Source: Gaiellaceae bacterium
Lineage (GTDB): Bacteria > Actinomycetota > Thermoleophilia > Gaiellales > Gaiellaceae
Direction of reading: 5' to 3'
Length of the DNA: 64,000 nucleotides
Assembly (NCBI GenBank): GCA_035601195.1
Contig: DATNOU010000095.1
Location: 3,002 to 67,001, forward strand
Shown piece by piece: positions 43,868 to 52,228 of this stretch. The position numbers and the translations under genes were made by a program. Below the pieces are notes generated by a model. It did not search any database and was not told the DNA's origin. It saw nothing but the letters and a program-made list of their open reading frames with translations. Positions within the stretch are counted from its first letter, which is position 1, and the number at the start of each line of letters is the position of its first letter.

Positions 43868-44830
43868 CCACCAGGCTGCGAACGCGTAGGCGCAGCCCAC
43901 GACGGCGTCGACCAGGTAGTGCTCACCGGTGTACACGATCGCGAACACGACTCCGAGGACGAGCAGCGCCTGCGAGACGAAGAGCCAGCGTGGGAGCCGG
44001 TGCTTGCGGATTACCAGGAGGCCGATGACCGGCCAGGCCGCATGGAGAGAGGGCAGTGCTGCCACGATGTTGTAGCTCCCGGGTGCGTCCTTGCGCGCCG
44101 CGAGGTCGGTGAGGCCGATGTCGTAGAGCCCCTGCTTGATCACGTGGTGCACGGGCGGGATGAGCCCGTGGTCAGCCGCTAGCCACGGGGGCGCGGTGGG
44201 CGCCAGCACGAACGTGATCTCGCCGAGGAGCGAGACGATGAGAATCCCGTAGAGGAGATCGGTAAAACCGCGTCCGCGCCAGAAGGCCCAGATGAGGAAG
44301 GCGAGCAGCAGCGGGGCGAGAAAATGCGAGATGTACATCGCGATGGAGAAGACCTCCAGCACCCCTGTCTTGCCGTGATAGAGGTGCTCCTGGAGCCAGA
44401 TCGTGGGCAGGGAGCCAAGGCTCAGCACGCGCTCCGCCTCGATCTGGGGCGTGTAGTGGACTCCAACCCCAAGATCCGGCACGGCGCGAGCGGTCACGAT
44501 GTACGCGACAAACACAAGCGCGACCGGTACCCAGTCGCGCAAGAAGCGCCCGCCCCGGTTCGTGTAGAGCGCGAAGGCGAGCATCGCGAGGACGAAACCG
44601 ACCGGCGAGAGCTTCTTGTGGAGCACGCCTTGCACGAGCACGAGCCCCGCGAACACCATGAGGAGGAGCGCAGAGCCCTGGCGAAGCCTGAGGGCTCCGG
44701 CGTTGCTCGGCTCGTCGAGGGTGACTACCAGACCGTCCAACGCGGCGACCATGCGTCGGACCGGCGCCAGCGCGCGGCCCGTTCGCGAGGCGGTCTCCGC
44801 GTGCCGATTCGAGGGCGCGTGCGTCGTCAC
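43820..44830 (-). CDS. PAP2_C-type membrane phosphotransferase/phosphatase (IPC-synthase/sphingomyelin-synthase-like H-H-D motifs)
   Basis: 336 aa polytopic protein. PSLH and GEHYLVD (HxxxD) motifs are present. There is a convergent 48-nt overlap with the kinase gene. Confidence 0.65.
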   Translation of the reverse strand: MTTHAPSNRHAETASRTGRALAPVRRMVAALDGLVVTLDEPSNAGALRLRQGSALLLMVFAGLVLVQGVLHKKLSPVGFVLAMLAFALYTNRGGRFLRDWVPVALVFVAYIVTARAVPDLGVGVHYTPQIEAERVLSLGSLPTIWLQEHLYHGKTGVLEVFSIAMYISHFLAPLLLAFLIWAFWRGRGFTDLLYGILIVSLLGEITFVLAPTAPPWLAADHGLIPPVHHVIKQGLYDIGLTDLAARKDAPGSYNIVAALPSLHAAWPVIGLLVIRKHRLPRWLFVSQALLVLGVVFAIVYTGEHYLVDAVVGCAYAFAAWWLLHAALRTGRRHQDP

Positions 44831-44868
44831 CGAGAGAGCATCGGCGGGCAGATCACGCGCCTGAACCC

Positions 44869-45222
44869 CTAGTTCCTATCGCGCAGGAAGAGCTGCTCGC
44901 CGGGGCGGATGCCGCGGCGGCCGGCCTCGCCGGCGGGGAGCTCGACGACGCCCTTGGCTCCCTTGCAGGCAGCCACCCTCCAGGGCGCCACGACGGGCGA
45001 CACCTTCAGCACGTTGAGGTCGCGGTCGAGCCACACAGCGTCGATCGGGAAGCGCATGAAGAGCATGTGGATGGACGAAGCCGGGCGGAGGAAAAGACCT
45101 TCTCCACCAGGAAGCTCACGTCGTCCGAGAAGGCCCTTCAGACGTGTGAGCGGTGTCTCCGCCAGAAGACACCGCTCACATACCGGGCTGCCGTCCTGGC
45201 GCTCCAGGCGCAGCTCCTTCAT
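44869..45222 (-). CDS. DUF192 (COG1430) family protein
   Basis: 117 aa. GLLGRRELP...GLFLRP..SIHMLFMRFPIDAVWLD matches the DUF192 pattern. Confidence 0.65.
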   Translation of the reverse strand: MKELRLERQDGSPVCERCLLAETPLTRLKGLLGRRELPGGEGLFLRPASSIHMLFMRFPIDAVWLDRDLNVLKVSPVVAPWRVAACKGAKGVVELPAGEAGRRGIRPGEQLFLRDRN

Positions 45223-45225
45223 CGT

Positions 45226-46728
45226 CTAGTAGCCGACGTGGATGTGGTCGTAGTGGTCGGCCAGCGGGAACGACGGGCCGCCCAGCCCGAGCAGAGAGAT
45301 GACCTGCTTCGGGCGGAGCCCCACGGGCAGGAGGAGGATGTTGCGCACCGCCCGCTCTGTGATGCTGCCGACCTGCTGATGGCCGAGGATCGACTCTCCG
45401 CCCAGCGCGGCAATGTCGACCGCGAGCCCGTACTTGTGGGCCGAGATGACGCCCGGGCGCGAGTACAGCCGGTGCCCGCTGTCGAGGCTCGACACAGTGA
45501 TGGAGCCGTGTGCCTCCGCCATGTACAGCATCAGCACGAGGACGCGGACGTTGATCCGGTGGTTGGCGACGTCGTCGCGACCACCCGCGTAGATGCTGAG
45601 CCGCGAATCGTGCAGCACCCGCCGCTCGAGCGCCGGGGTCTGGGCCTTGAGGCCGCGAACGAGGCCACGCAGTCGGACGGCGCGGTTGTAGTTGGCAAGC
45701 GCTACCGAGCGGTCCGCGAAGGCGGTTCGTCCGCTGAAGGCCAGAACTGCCCTCCACTCATTCGCATTGGCGCGGAACGCGCGGAGCTGCGAAGCAAGGG
45801 AGCGAAGCTGCCTGAAGCTCGCCGGCCGGGAGCTCTTGTGCCCCTGCGCCCGGAGCACGCCGAGAACCAGCGCCCAGTCGACGTGACTTGCCCTTGACGC
45901 GCGCACAAGCTGCCGGGCAAACGCGGGGGCGAGCCGCTTCGCGGGCGGGGTCGGATCGCCGAGTTCCCGGTGGAGCCAGACGACGCCGTAGCCGCTCTCG
46001 TTGTCGAACTCGAGATCGGCGGGGGAATCGTCCTCCGACGTCACGCCGACGTCGCTGTTGGACTGCGACTCGTCACCCGCATGCGCGGGGGAGCCGGGAC
46101 CGGCCTCGGGCTCGTCGCTCTGATCGTCCGCGCCTGAGCCGTCGTCGCCTGCTGCGCCGGGATCGGAGGGCTCGCCGGAACCGGCGGAACCCGAACCGTC
46201 GCCGGTTGGCTCGCCGCTCTGCTCGTCTGCGGGCTGCTCTTCGGCCGGAGCCGCAGAACCGTCGTCCGCGGGCTCGCCGGACTGGTCGTCTCCGCTCGGC
46301 GCCGGCTCGAGAGCTGGGTCGGGCGCCTCGTCGGCGGGTGCCGGATCCTCGGCTTGGCCGTCCTCAGCGGCTGCGGGGTCGCTCGACTCCTCAGGCGCCG
46401 CCTCGGTGGACGTCGCTGCGGTGTCGGTCGTGTCCTCGAGCGCGCCTACGACGAGATCGCCCGCCCCGGCCGAGAAGGCCGCGCCGGCGAAGAAGAGCGT
46501 CGTGAACGCAAGGGTCGTGGCGAGGCGGCGCTTGCTGAAGCCGCGCTTGTTGAAGCCGCTCGCCTTTGCGCGCGTGGGCTTGTGGCCGTCCTCAACCGCC
46601 GTCGTGACGATCTCAGGCTCGGCGCCCGTGAGCGCGCTGTTCTTGCCGAGGGCCCAGAGGAGCCACCCGGCGATAGTGAAGAGAACGAGGCGGAGGACGA
46701 GCCGCCGCGAGGAATTCCTTTGTGGCAT
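45226..46728 (-). CDS. Membrane-anchored protein with acidic disordered region and C-terminal LAS/M15-type zinc peptidase-like domain
   Basis: 500 aa. There is an N-terminal TM segment and a D/E/G/S-rich region with QSGEP repeats. The C-terminal HKYGLAVD (H-x6-D) and DHIH (HxH) motifs are typical of VanY/M15 DD-peptidases. Confidence 0.6.
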   Translation of the reverse strand: MPQRNSSRRLVLRLVLFTIAGWLLWALGKNSALTGAEPEIVTTAVEDGHKPTRAKASGFNKRGFSKRRLATTLAFTTLFFAGAAFSAGAGDLVVGALEDTTDTAATSTEAAPEESSDPAAAEDGQAEDPAPADEAPDPALEPAPSGDDQSGEPADDGSAAPAEEQPADEQSGEPTGDGSGSAGSGEPSDPGAAGDDGSGADDQSDEPEAGPGSPAHAGDESQSNSDVGVTSEDDSPADLEFDNESGYGVVWLHRELGDPTPPAKRLAPAFARQLVRASRASHVDWALVLGVLRAQGHKSSRPASFRQLRSLASQLRAFRANANEWRAVLAFSGRTAFADRSVALANYNRAVRLRGLVRGLKAQTPALERRVLHDSRLSIYAGGRDDVANHRINVRVLVLMLYMAEAHGSITVSSLDSGHRLYSRPGVISAHKYGLAVDIAALGGESILGHQQVGSITERAVRNILLLPVGLRPKQVISLLGLGGPSFPLADHYDHIHVGY

Positions 46729-46844
46729 TGCCTTTGCTCCCGTATTCGGGCGCCGAGGCCGCCACTTCGGCGCGGATCAATTGCAAACAGTCCGTTTCCG
46801 CAGACGGACGTGACGCAGAGAAGCGGCGATTCGAACGCCGGTCA

Positions 46845-46905
46845 TCCCCCAACAGGAGGGTTGAGGGTCAAATCTCCCCCAACAGGAGGGTTGGGGTTCG
46901 AATCC
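46845..46905 (+). repeat. 30-nt tandem direct repeat x2 upstream of flp
   Basis: tcccccaacaggagggttgagggtcaaatc / tcccccaacaggagggttggggttcgaatc, 27/30 identical. They are flanked by the palindromes GGCGATTCGAACGCC (46825-46839) and AATCCCtatggagGGGGATT (46901-46920). Confidence 0.8.
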
Positions 46906-47144
46906 CTATGGAGGGGGATTCCTTGCGGTCCTGACTTGGACGATGCTCGGAGCAGTTTGTCGGAGTCGTTGCGCGGCGGAGCGGTCACGCCGAGTACAGG
47001 GAGGTCTCACGTCGTGACCATAGTCGCTTGCCATATCCAGTCGGCTTTCGACTGCCCGAGAAGTTTCACCTTCGACTCTGAATTTTCCGTTTCTCCGCGC
47101 GCTCCTAGGCGTGCCCGGGATGACGAAGGGAGGTGAATCCGCAA

Positions 47145-47324
47145 ATGAAGTACTACGGTTATCTCACTGAGCTGATCGCCGCGATTCGCCGGCATGAAGA
47201 GGGTCAGACCATGGCTGAGTACGGCGTGATCCTCGCCGTCATCACGGTCGCCATCATCGCCGCGCTCGTGCTGCTTGCCACCGGCATTCTCGACAACATC
47301 AACAACGTGGTGAGCGTCCTCTAG
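47145..47324 (+). CDS. flp: Flp/Fap family type IVb pilin
   Basis: ATG 47145 lies downstream of GGGAGG. The prepilin motif is EEG|QTMAEYGVILAVITVAII (G-xxxx-EY) and the length is 59 aa. Confidence 0.85.
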   Translation: MKYYGYLTELIAAIRRHEEGQTMAEYGVILAVITVAIIAALVLLATGILDNINNVVSVL

Positions 47325-47347
47325 CTAGACGCGCAACGCAGTTTGGC

Positions 47348-47387
47348 GAGGGGCGGGCTCTTCCAAGCGACGAAGAGCTCGCCCCTC
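47348..47387 (+). terminator. Long stem-loop after flp (16-bp stem, one G-U pair); candidate attenuator/terminator
   Basis: GAGGGGCGGGCTCTTC-caagcgac-GAAGAGCTCGCCCCTC lies 24 nt after the flp stop. No U-tract follows. Confidence 0.45.
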
Positions 47388-47439
47388 ACCAACAGAAGAA
47401 CTAAGCAAGTCGACAGTAATCCCGAAGAGAAAAAGAGCA

Positions 47440-47847
47440 ATGGCTTTCAAAAAGTTTCGGCGAAAAAGAGAGCAGGGGCAGACGATGGCGGAGTTCACGC
47501 TGGTCCTCCCGGTGCTCGCGATCCTGCTCTTCGGAATCATCCAGTTCGGGATCGTTTTCAACAATTATCTCGCGGTCACGGACGCGGTCAGAGCCGGCGC
47601 CCGCCAGGCGGCGGTCGCCCGCTTCCTGCCCGCGGCCGACCGCGAGGCGAAGGTCGAGGAGAAGGTGCGAGCCTCGGCCGAGAATCTCGACCAGGACATC
47701 CTGGAAGTCAGCGTCGAGCCCTCGGACGACTGGGAGCCCGGCTCGGACGTCACCGTCACGGCCACGTACGAGTACTCGATCAACCTGCTCGGAAAGGTCG
47801 TCAAGGACGGCCTGCTCACGAGCAAGACGACGGAGCGTGTGGAATGA
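47440..47847 (+). CDS. tadE: TadE-like pseudopilin
   Basis: 135 aa. The N-terminal EQGQTMAEFTLVLPVLAILLFGIIQFG is the TadE/G-like N-terminal domain. Confidence 0.8.
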   Translation: MAFKKFRRKREQGQTMAEFTLVLPVLAILLFGIIQFGIVFNNYLAVTDAVRAGARQAAVARFLPAADREAKVEEKVRASAENLDQDILEVSVEPSDDWEPGSDVTVTATYEYSINLLGKVVKDGLLTSKTTERVE

Positions 47848-48782
47848 CCAGGCACAAGCAGAACTGCGGCCAGGCATACGTCCTCACCGTCCTCTTCCTC
47901 GTGGTGCTGCTGGGCATGGCCGCAGCGGTGCTCGACGCCGGTTCCTGGTATCGCGCAGACCGCGCGCTGCAGGCCACCGTCGACGCAGCCGCATTGGCGG
48001 GTGCGCAGGCGCTCCCGGAGGATTCCGGTGAGGCTAGTGCGCTGGCCAATGAGTACGCCACCAAGAACGGCGGCGGCTCGATCGCTGTCTCCTTCGACTC
48101 AGAGGTCTTCGATGACGACACGATCATCGTCGAGGGAAGTCGCCCCGCGCCTGGCTTCTTCGCCAAGGTCTTCGGGGTCGACTCTGTGACCGTGAATGCG
48201 CGTGCGAAGGCCCGCGCCGGTTTACCGGCGGCCGCCAAATGGGTCGCTCCGATCGTCGTCAACGAAAAACACGAGATGCTCCAGAACTGCCCGGACGACC
48301 CGCCGTGCAAGGGAGATACCAAGCTCGACTACTACCACCTCAAGAACAAGGGTGAACAGAATGACGGCGCCGGCTCCTTCGGCTTCATCAACCTGACCGG
48401 CGACAACGGCGTGGGATCCAACGAGCTCGGCAAATGGATTTCGGAAGGCTTCGACCAGTTGCTCGAAGTGAACCAGGATTATCTCGTCTCAACGGGTAAT
48501 CCCTTCAGCTCCACCAACATCAAGGGCGCCCTCGACGAGAAAGTGAAAGAGGGCGACATTCTCCTCTTCCCGGTATACGACACGCTCACGGGGGCGGGAA
48601 ACAACGCGAAGTACCACATCGTCGGGTTCGCGGCGTTCGTCATCACGTCGATGGACCTGACGGGCAACAACGAGAAGTTTTACGGGCATTTCGTGAGTGT
48701 CACCTGGGAAGCAGTCCAGGCCGGCACGGTGAGCTCGGCCCCTCCGAACTTCGGAGTGAAGAACGTCTCGCTGATCGATTAA
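47844..48782 (+). CDS. TadG-like / Tad N-terminal domain pilus assembly protein
   Basis: The ATG overlaps the tadE stop (ATGA). The N-terminal GQAYVLTVLFLVVLLGMAAAVLDAGSWY is typical of TadG-like pseudopilins. Confidence 0.7.
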   Translation: MTRHKQNCGQAYVLTVLFLVVLLGMAAAVLDAGSWYRADRALQATVDAAALAGAQALPEDSGEASALANEYATKNGGGSIAVSFDSEVFDDDTIIVEGSRPAPGFFAKVFGVDSVTVNARAKARAGLPAAAKWVAPIVVNEKHEMLQNCPDDPPCKGDTKLDYYHLKNKGEQNDGAGSFGFINLTGDNGVGSNELGKWISEGFDQLLEVNQDYLVSTGNPFSSTNIKGALDEKVKEGDILLFPVYDTLTGAGNNAKYHIVGFAAFVITSMDLTGNNEKFYGHFVSVTWEAVQAGTVSSAPPNFGVKNVSLID

Positions 48783-48816
48783 CGGCAAGTAACCGAACTG
48801 AGAAAGACGTGGTGCA

Positions 48817-49599
48817 ATGACTTACCGCCTTCGTAATATCGCGATCGCCGCCGCGCTTGCCGTTCTCGCGGCCGTGATCGTCAGCTTCTACGTGAAGCAG
48901 CAGAAGCAGGACCTCCAGAGAGGCCAGACGCTGACGGCTGTCTTCGTGGCCAAGGAGGACATTCCCGCCGGTACGCCGGGCTCCGAGATCGCGGGCAAGG
49001 TCGAGCGGGTCGAGGTGGCCAAGGACGCCGCGGCGCCCGGCGCGATCGTCGGGCCCGAAGACCTCGAAGGCAAGGTCTCCACAGAGCAGATCTATGCGAA
49101 CGAGCAGGTCAGCCTGCTGCGCCTCGCGAATCCGACGGAGCAGGGGATCCGATCCAAGATTTCCGGCAACCTGCGGGCGATCCAGATCCCGGGAGACTCG
49201 AACCAGCTCCTGCTCGGGACAATCCAGACGGGCGACCACGTGGACGTGATCGGCGCATGGAAGCTCCAAGGGGACGGGGACCAGAAGATCGCCCGCATGA
49301 TCCTGCGCGACATCCTCGTGCTCGAGGCGCCTGGGACCACCGGGGACACGAACCGTCTCTCGTCCAGCAAGGGCGACAACGCGATCATGCTTGCGGTCAC
49401 CGACGCACAGGCCCAGAAGCTGTTCTGGATCTTCACGAACGGCGAGTGGGCGCTCGGTCTCAGGCCCACCAAGGATCCTGCCGATAGTCCTGAAGGGCTC
49501 GAATGGTCGGGCACGGTGCTCGCCGACGGGCTTACGAAGGAGCAGCTCCAGAAGCTTCTGTTCGACCCGTTCTCGGCTGAAAGGACGGGCTCGCCATGA
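48817..49599 (+). CDS. cpaB: Flp pilus assembly protein CpaB/RcpC
   Basis: 260 aa. There is an N-terminal TM segment, a SAF-like segment (VFVAKEDIPAGTP) and an RcpC-like C-terminal region (GDHVDVIG...). Confidence 0.75.
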   Translation: MTYRLRNIAIAAALAVLAAVIVSFYVKQQKQDLQRGQTLTAVFVAKEDIPAGTPGSEIAGKVERVEVAKDAAAPGAIVGPEDLEGKVSTEQIYANEQVSLLRLANPTEQGIRSKISGNLRAIQIPGDSNQLLLGTIQTGDHVDVIGAWKLQGDGDQKIARMILRDILVLEAPGTTGDTNRLSSSKGDNAIMLAVTDAQAQKLFWIFTNGEWALGLRPTKDPADSPEGLEWSGTVLADGLTKEQLQKLLFDPFSAERTGSP

Positions 49600-50783
49600 C
49601 GCTCGAGACACAAGTAACCACTCGCGAGAAGGTGCGCGTCTTCGTCACGGGCAGCTGTGACGGGCTCGCCGAGCTTCGCGACGCCCTGGAACGCCACGGC
49701 GAGGTCGAGATCGTGGGCTGGAGCGACAGCGTCCTCGATTCCGCCTCGACGCTCACGGGCGGGCACCTGCAGGTCGTCCTCCACGGGACGCGCAGCTCCA
49801 CGCTGCCGAGCGACGAGCTGGCGGCCATCCGCGAGCACTCCCCGGCGCCTGTGATCCTCCTCGCGTCCGGCGAGTCGTCCGTCCTCCTGGACGAGGCGCT
49901 CGACGCCGACGTATCGGACGTCCTTCTCCTTCCCCAGATGACAGAGAACGTCATCTTCGCGATTCGGAAGGCGAGCCACTCCGGCCGCAAAGCCGGAGGG
50001 GGGCACGGCCGTCGAGGCCGCGTCGTGACCGTGTTCTCACCAAAAGGCGGCACGGGCAAGACGGTCACTGCGACGAACCTGGCGTCGAGCTTCGCGAAGT
50101 ATGAGGGCAAGAAGGCCCTTCTACTCGACCTCGACCTCCAGTTCGGCGACGCCGCGATCATGCTCGGGATCGAGCCGGAGAAGACGATCTACGATCTGGT
50201 CGTCGCCCCCGGCGAGCTCGACTCCGAGAAGCTCGCGGGCTACACGACGCGCCATACGTCCGGCCTCGACATCCTTCCGGCGCCGTTGCGGCCGGAGGAC
50301 GCCGAGCTCGTGACCGAGGCCAAGCTCGCCCGGCTTCTCGAAGTCGCCCGCGAGTCATACGACGTCATCGTTGTGGATACCTCGCCGTTCTTCCACGGCC
50401 CGATGCTCGCCACGCTCGACCGCACCGACGAGCTCCTGCTCGTCTGCGGCCTCGACGTGCCCACGCTGAAAAACGTGCGCCTGAGCCTGCAAACGCTCGA
50501 GCTGCTCGCTTTCCCGTCCAACCGGATTCGCGTCGTCCTGAACCGCGCGAACTCCAAGGTCGGGATGAAGCCGGGCGAAGTCGAAGGCGCCCTCGACGTG
50601 AAGGTTCGCTTCGAGCTGCCGAGCGACGGCAAGGTGCCTCTCGCCGTCAACCGGGGCACGCCACTGGTTCTCGCCGATGACAAGGCCGACTTCTCCCGCT
50701 CCGTGCGGGCGATGGCCAAGGCCCTTCTCCCTGTGGAGGCGGTGAAGGCTGGGCAGAAGCGGAAGCTCTTCGGCCGGGCATAG
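49596..50783 (+). CDS. cpaE: CpaE/TadZ: atypical receiver domain + MinD/ParA-type ATPase
   Basis: 395 aa. The deviant Walker A is FSPKGGTGKTVTATNLA, preceded by a REC-like N-terminal domain. Confidence 0.85.
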   Translation: MTLETQVTTREKVRVFVTGSCDGLAELRDALERHGEVEIVGWSDSVLDSASTLTGGHLQVVLHGTRSSTLPSDELAAIREHSPAPVILLASGESSVLLDEALDADVSDVLLLPQMTENVIFAIRKASHSGRKAGGGHGRRGRVVTVFSPKGGTGKTVTATNLASSFAKYEGKKALLLDLDLQFGDAAIMLGIEPEKTIYDLVVAPGELDSEKLAGYTTRHTSGLDILPAPLRPEDAELVTEAKLARLLEVARESYDVIVVDTSPFFHGPMLATLDRTDELLLVCGLDVPTLKNVRLSLQTLELLAFPSNRIRVVLNRANSKVGMKPGEVEGALDVKVRFELPSDGKVPLAVNRGTPLVLADDKADFSRSVRAMAKALLPVEAVKAGQKRKLFGRA

Positions 50784-50785
50784 CC

Positions 50786-52228
50786 ATGGGACTCCACGAT
50801 CGCCTCAAAGGTGGGTCCGGGAACGGCGATGGGCTCGGGCCCGAGGAGATTCTCGGTCAGCGGGCCGAGCCCTCCGTCAGCGTGCAGGCCGAGCGCACAG
50901 CTGTCGATCCTTACGCGGAGCTCAAGACCCGCGTCCATCACGCGTGCATCGCCAAGCTCGGACCCGAGCTCTTCGCGGCCGAAACGACCGGCGACCTCTC
51001 GGAGCGCGTTCTCCGGGCGGTTACCGAGCAGCTCGCCCTCGACCGGACGCCGCTGACCCGCGAAGAGCGGCGCCAGCTCGTCCGGGAGATCACAGACGAC
51101 ATCCTCGGCTACGGACCGCTCGAGCCGCTGCTCCGCGACGACTCCGTCACAGAAGTCATGGTCAACGGATCGGACCGGATCTACATCGAGCGGAACGGCA
51201 AGATCCAGCAGGCCGGCGTCACGTTCGTCGACGACGCGCACCTCCTGCGCATCATCGACAAGATCGTCTCGCAAGTCGGTCGCCGCATCGACGAGGCCTC
51301 TCCGATGGTGGACGCGCGCCTGCCAGACGGCAGCCGCGTGAACGCGATCATCCCGCCGCTTTCGCTTCGCGGGCCGACGCTCACCATCCGGAAGTTCTCG
51401 CGCGACCCGTACACGATGGACGACCTGATCAACTTCGGCACGCTGACGCCGAAGGCCGCGCACTTCCTGGCCGCCTGCGTGCAGGGCAAGCTGAACATGC
51501 TGATCTCGGGAGGTACGGGTACCGGTAAGACGACGACCCTGAACGCCCTCTCGGCCTACGTTCCCGGCGACGAGCGCATCGTTACGATCGAGGACGCAGC
51601 CGAGCTCCAGCTCCAGCAGGAGCACGTGATCACGCTGGAGGCCCGGCCCGCGAACATCGAGGGTCAGGGCGAGGTCAAGATCCGTGAGCTCGTCAGGAAC
51701 GCACTGCGAATGCGTCCCGACCGGATCATCGTGGGCGAGGTCCGCGGCCCGGAGACCCTGGACATGCTCCAGGCGATGAACACGGGCCACGAGGGTTCCC
51801 TGACGACGATCCACGCCAACGCTCCGCGCGACGCTCTCGCAAGGCTGGAAACGCTCGTCCTCACGGCCGGCGTCGACCTGCCTCTGCGCGCGATCCGCGA
51901 GCAGGTAGCGAGCGCGTTCGACATCCTCGTGCAGATCTCGCGCCTTGTTGACGGCTCGCGCCGCATCAGCCACGTCACCGAGGTCCTGCGCATGGAATCG
52001 GATGTCATCACGCTCCAAGACATCTTTCTCGCACGGCCTCCTGACGAGGAGGCGGCCTCGGCCCAGATCACACGGCTGCTCTCCCCTCTGTCCTGCACCG
52101 GCCTCAAGCCGCACTTCCTCGAGAAGATGGCCGCGAACGGTGTCACCCTGCCGGCGACGTTCTTCCAGCAGGAGGACCCGAACTTCCGGCCGAGCTTCAC
52201 CGCGGCGAGCTACGGCGGATTCAAGTGA
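50786..52228 (+). CDS. cpaF: CpaF/TadA secretion ATPase (type II/IV secretion system protein E family)
   Basis: 480 aa. Walker A is [16 protein letters not shown], with the Asp box, Walker B IVGEVRG and His box TIHAN. Confidence 0.9.
   Translation: MGLHDRLKGGSGNGDGLGPEEILGQRAEPSVSVQAERTAVDPYAELKTRVHHACIAKLGPELFAAETTGDLSERVLRAVTEQLALDRTPLTREERRQLVREITDDILGYGPLEPLLRDDSVTEVMVNGSDRIYIERNGKIQQAGVTFVDDAHLLRIIDKIVSQVGRRIDEASPMVDARLPDGSRVNAIIPPLSLRGPTLTIRKFSRDPYTMDDLINFGTLTPKAAHFLAACVQGKLNMLISGGTGTGKTTTLNALSAYVPGDERIVTIEDAAELQLQQEHVITLEARPANIEGQGEVKIRELVRNALRMRPDRIIVGEVRGPETLDMLQAMNTGHEGSLTTIHANAPRDALARLETLVLTAGVDLPLRAIREQVASAFDILVQISRLVDGSRRISHVTEVLRMESDVITLQDIFLARPPDEEAASAQITRLLSPLSCTGLKPHFLEKMAANGVTLPATFFQQEDPNFRPSFTAASYGGFK

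Noticed and set aside
46889-46905. tRNA gene suggested by the GGGGTTCGAATCCC T-arm-like sequence (and GGCGTTCGAATCGCC on the minus strand at 46825-46839)
   Set aside because: No complementary acceptor-stem halves, D-arm or anticodon arm can be found at the required distances on either strand. It is treated as part of a repeat/palindrome cluster instead.
46845-46905. CRISPR array considered for the tandem 30-nt units here and for the 120-nt-period repeats at 63350-63554
   Set aside because: Only two copies occur at each site. The units at 46845 are directly adjacent with no spacers. The units at 63350 are imperfect and about 85 nt long. No cas genes are in the window.
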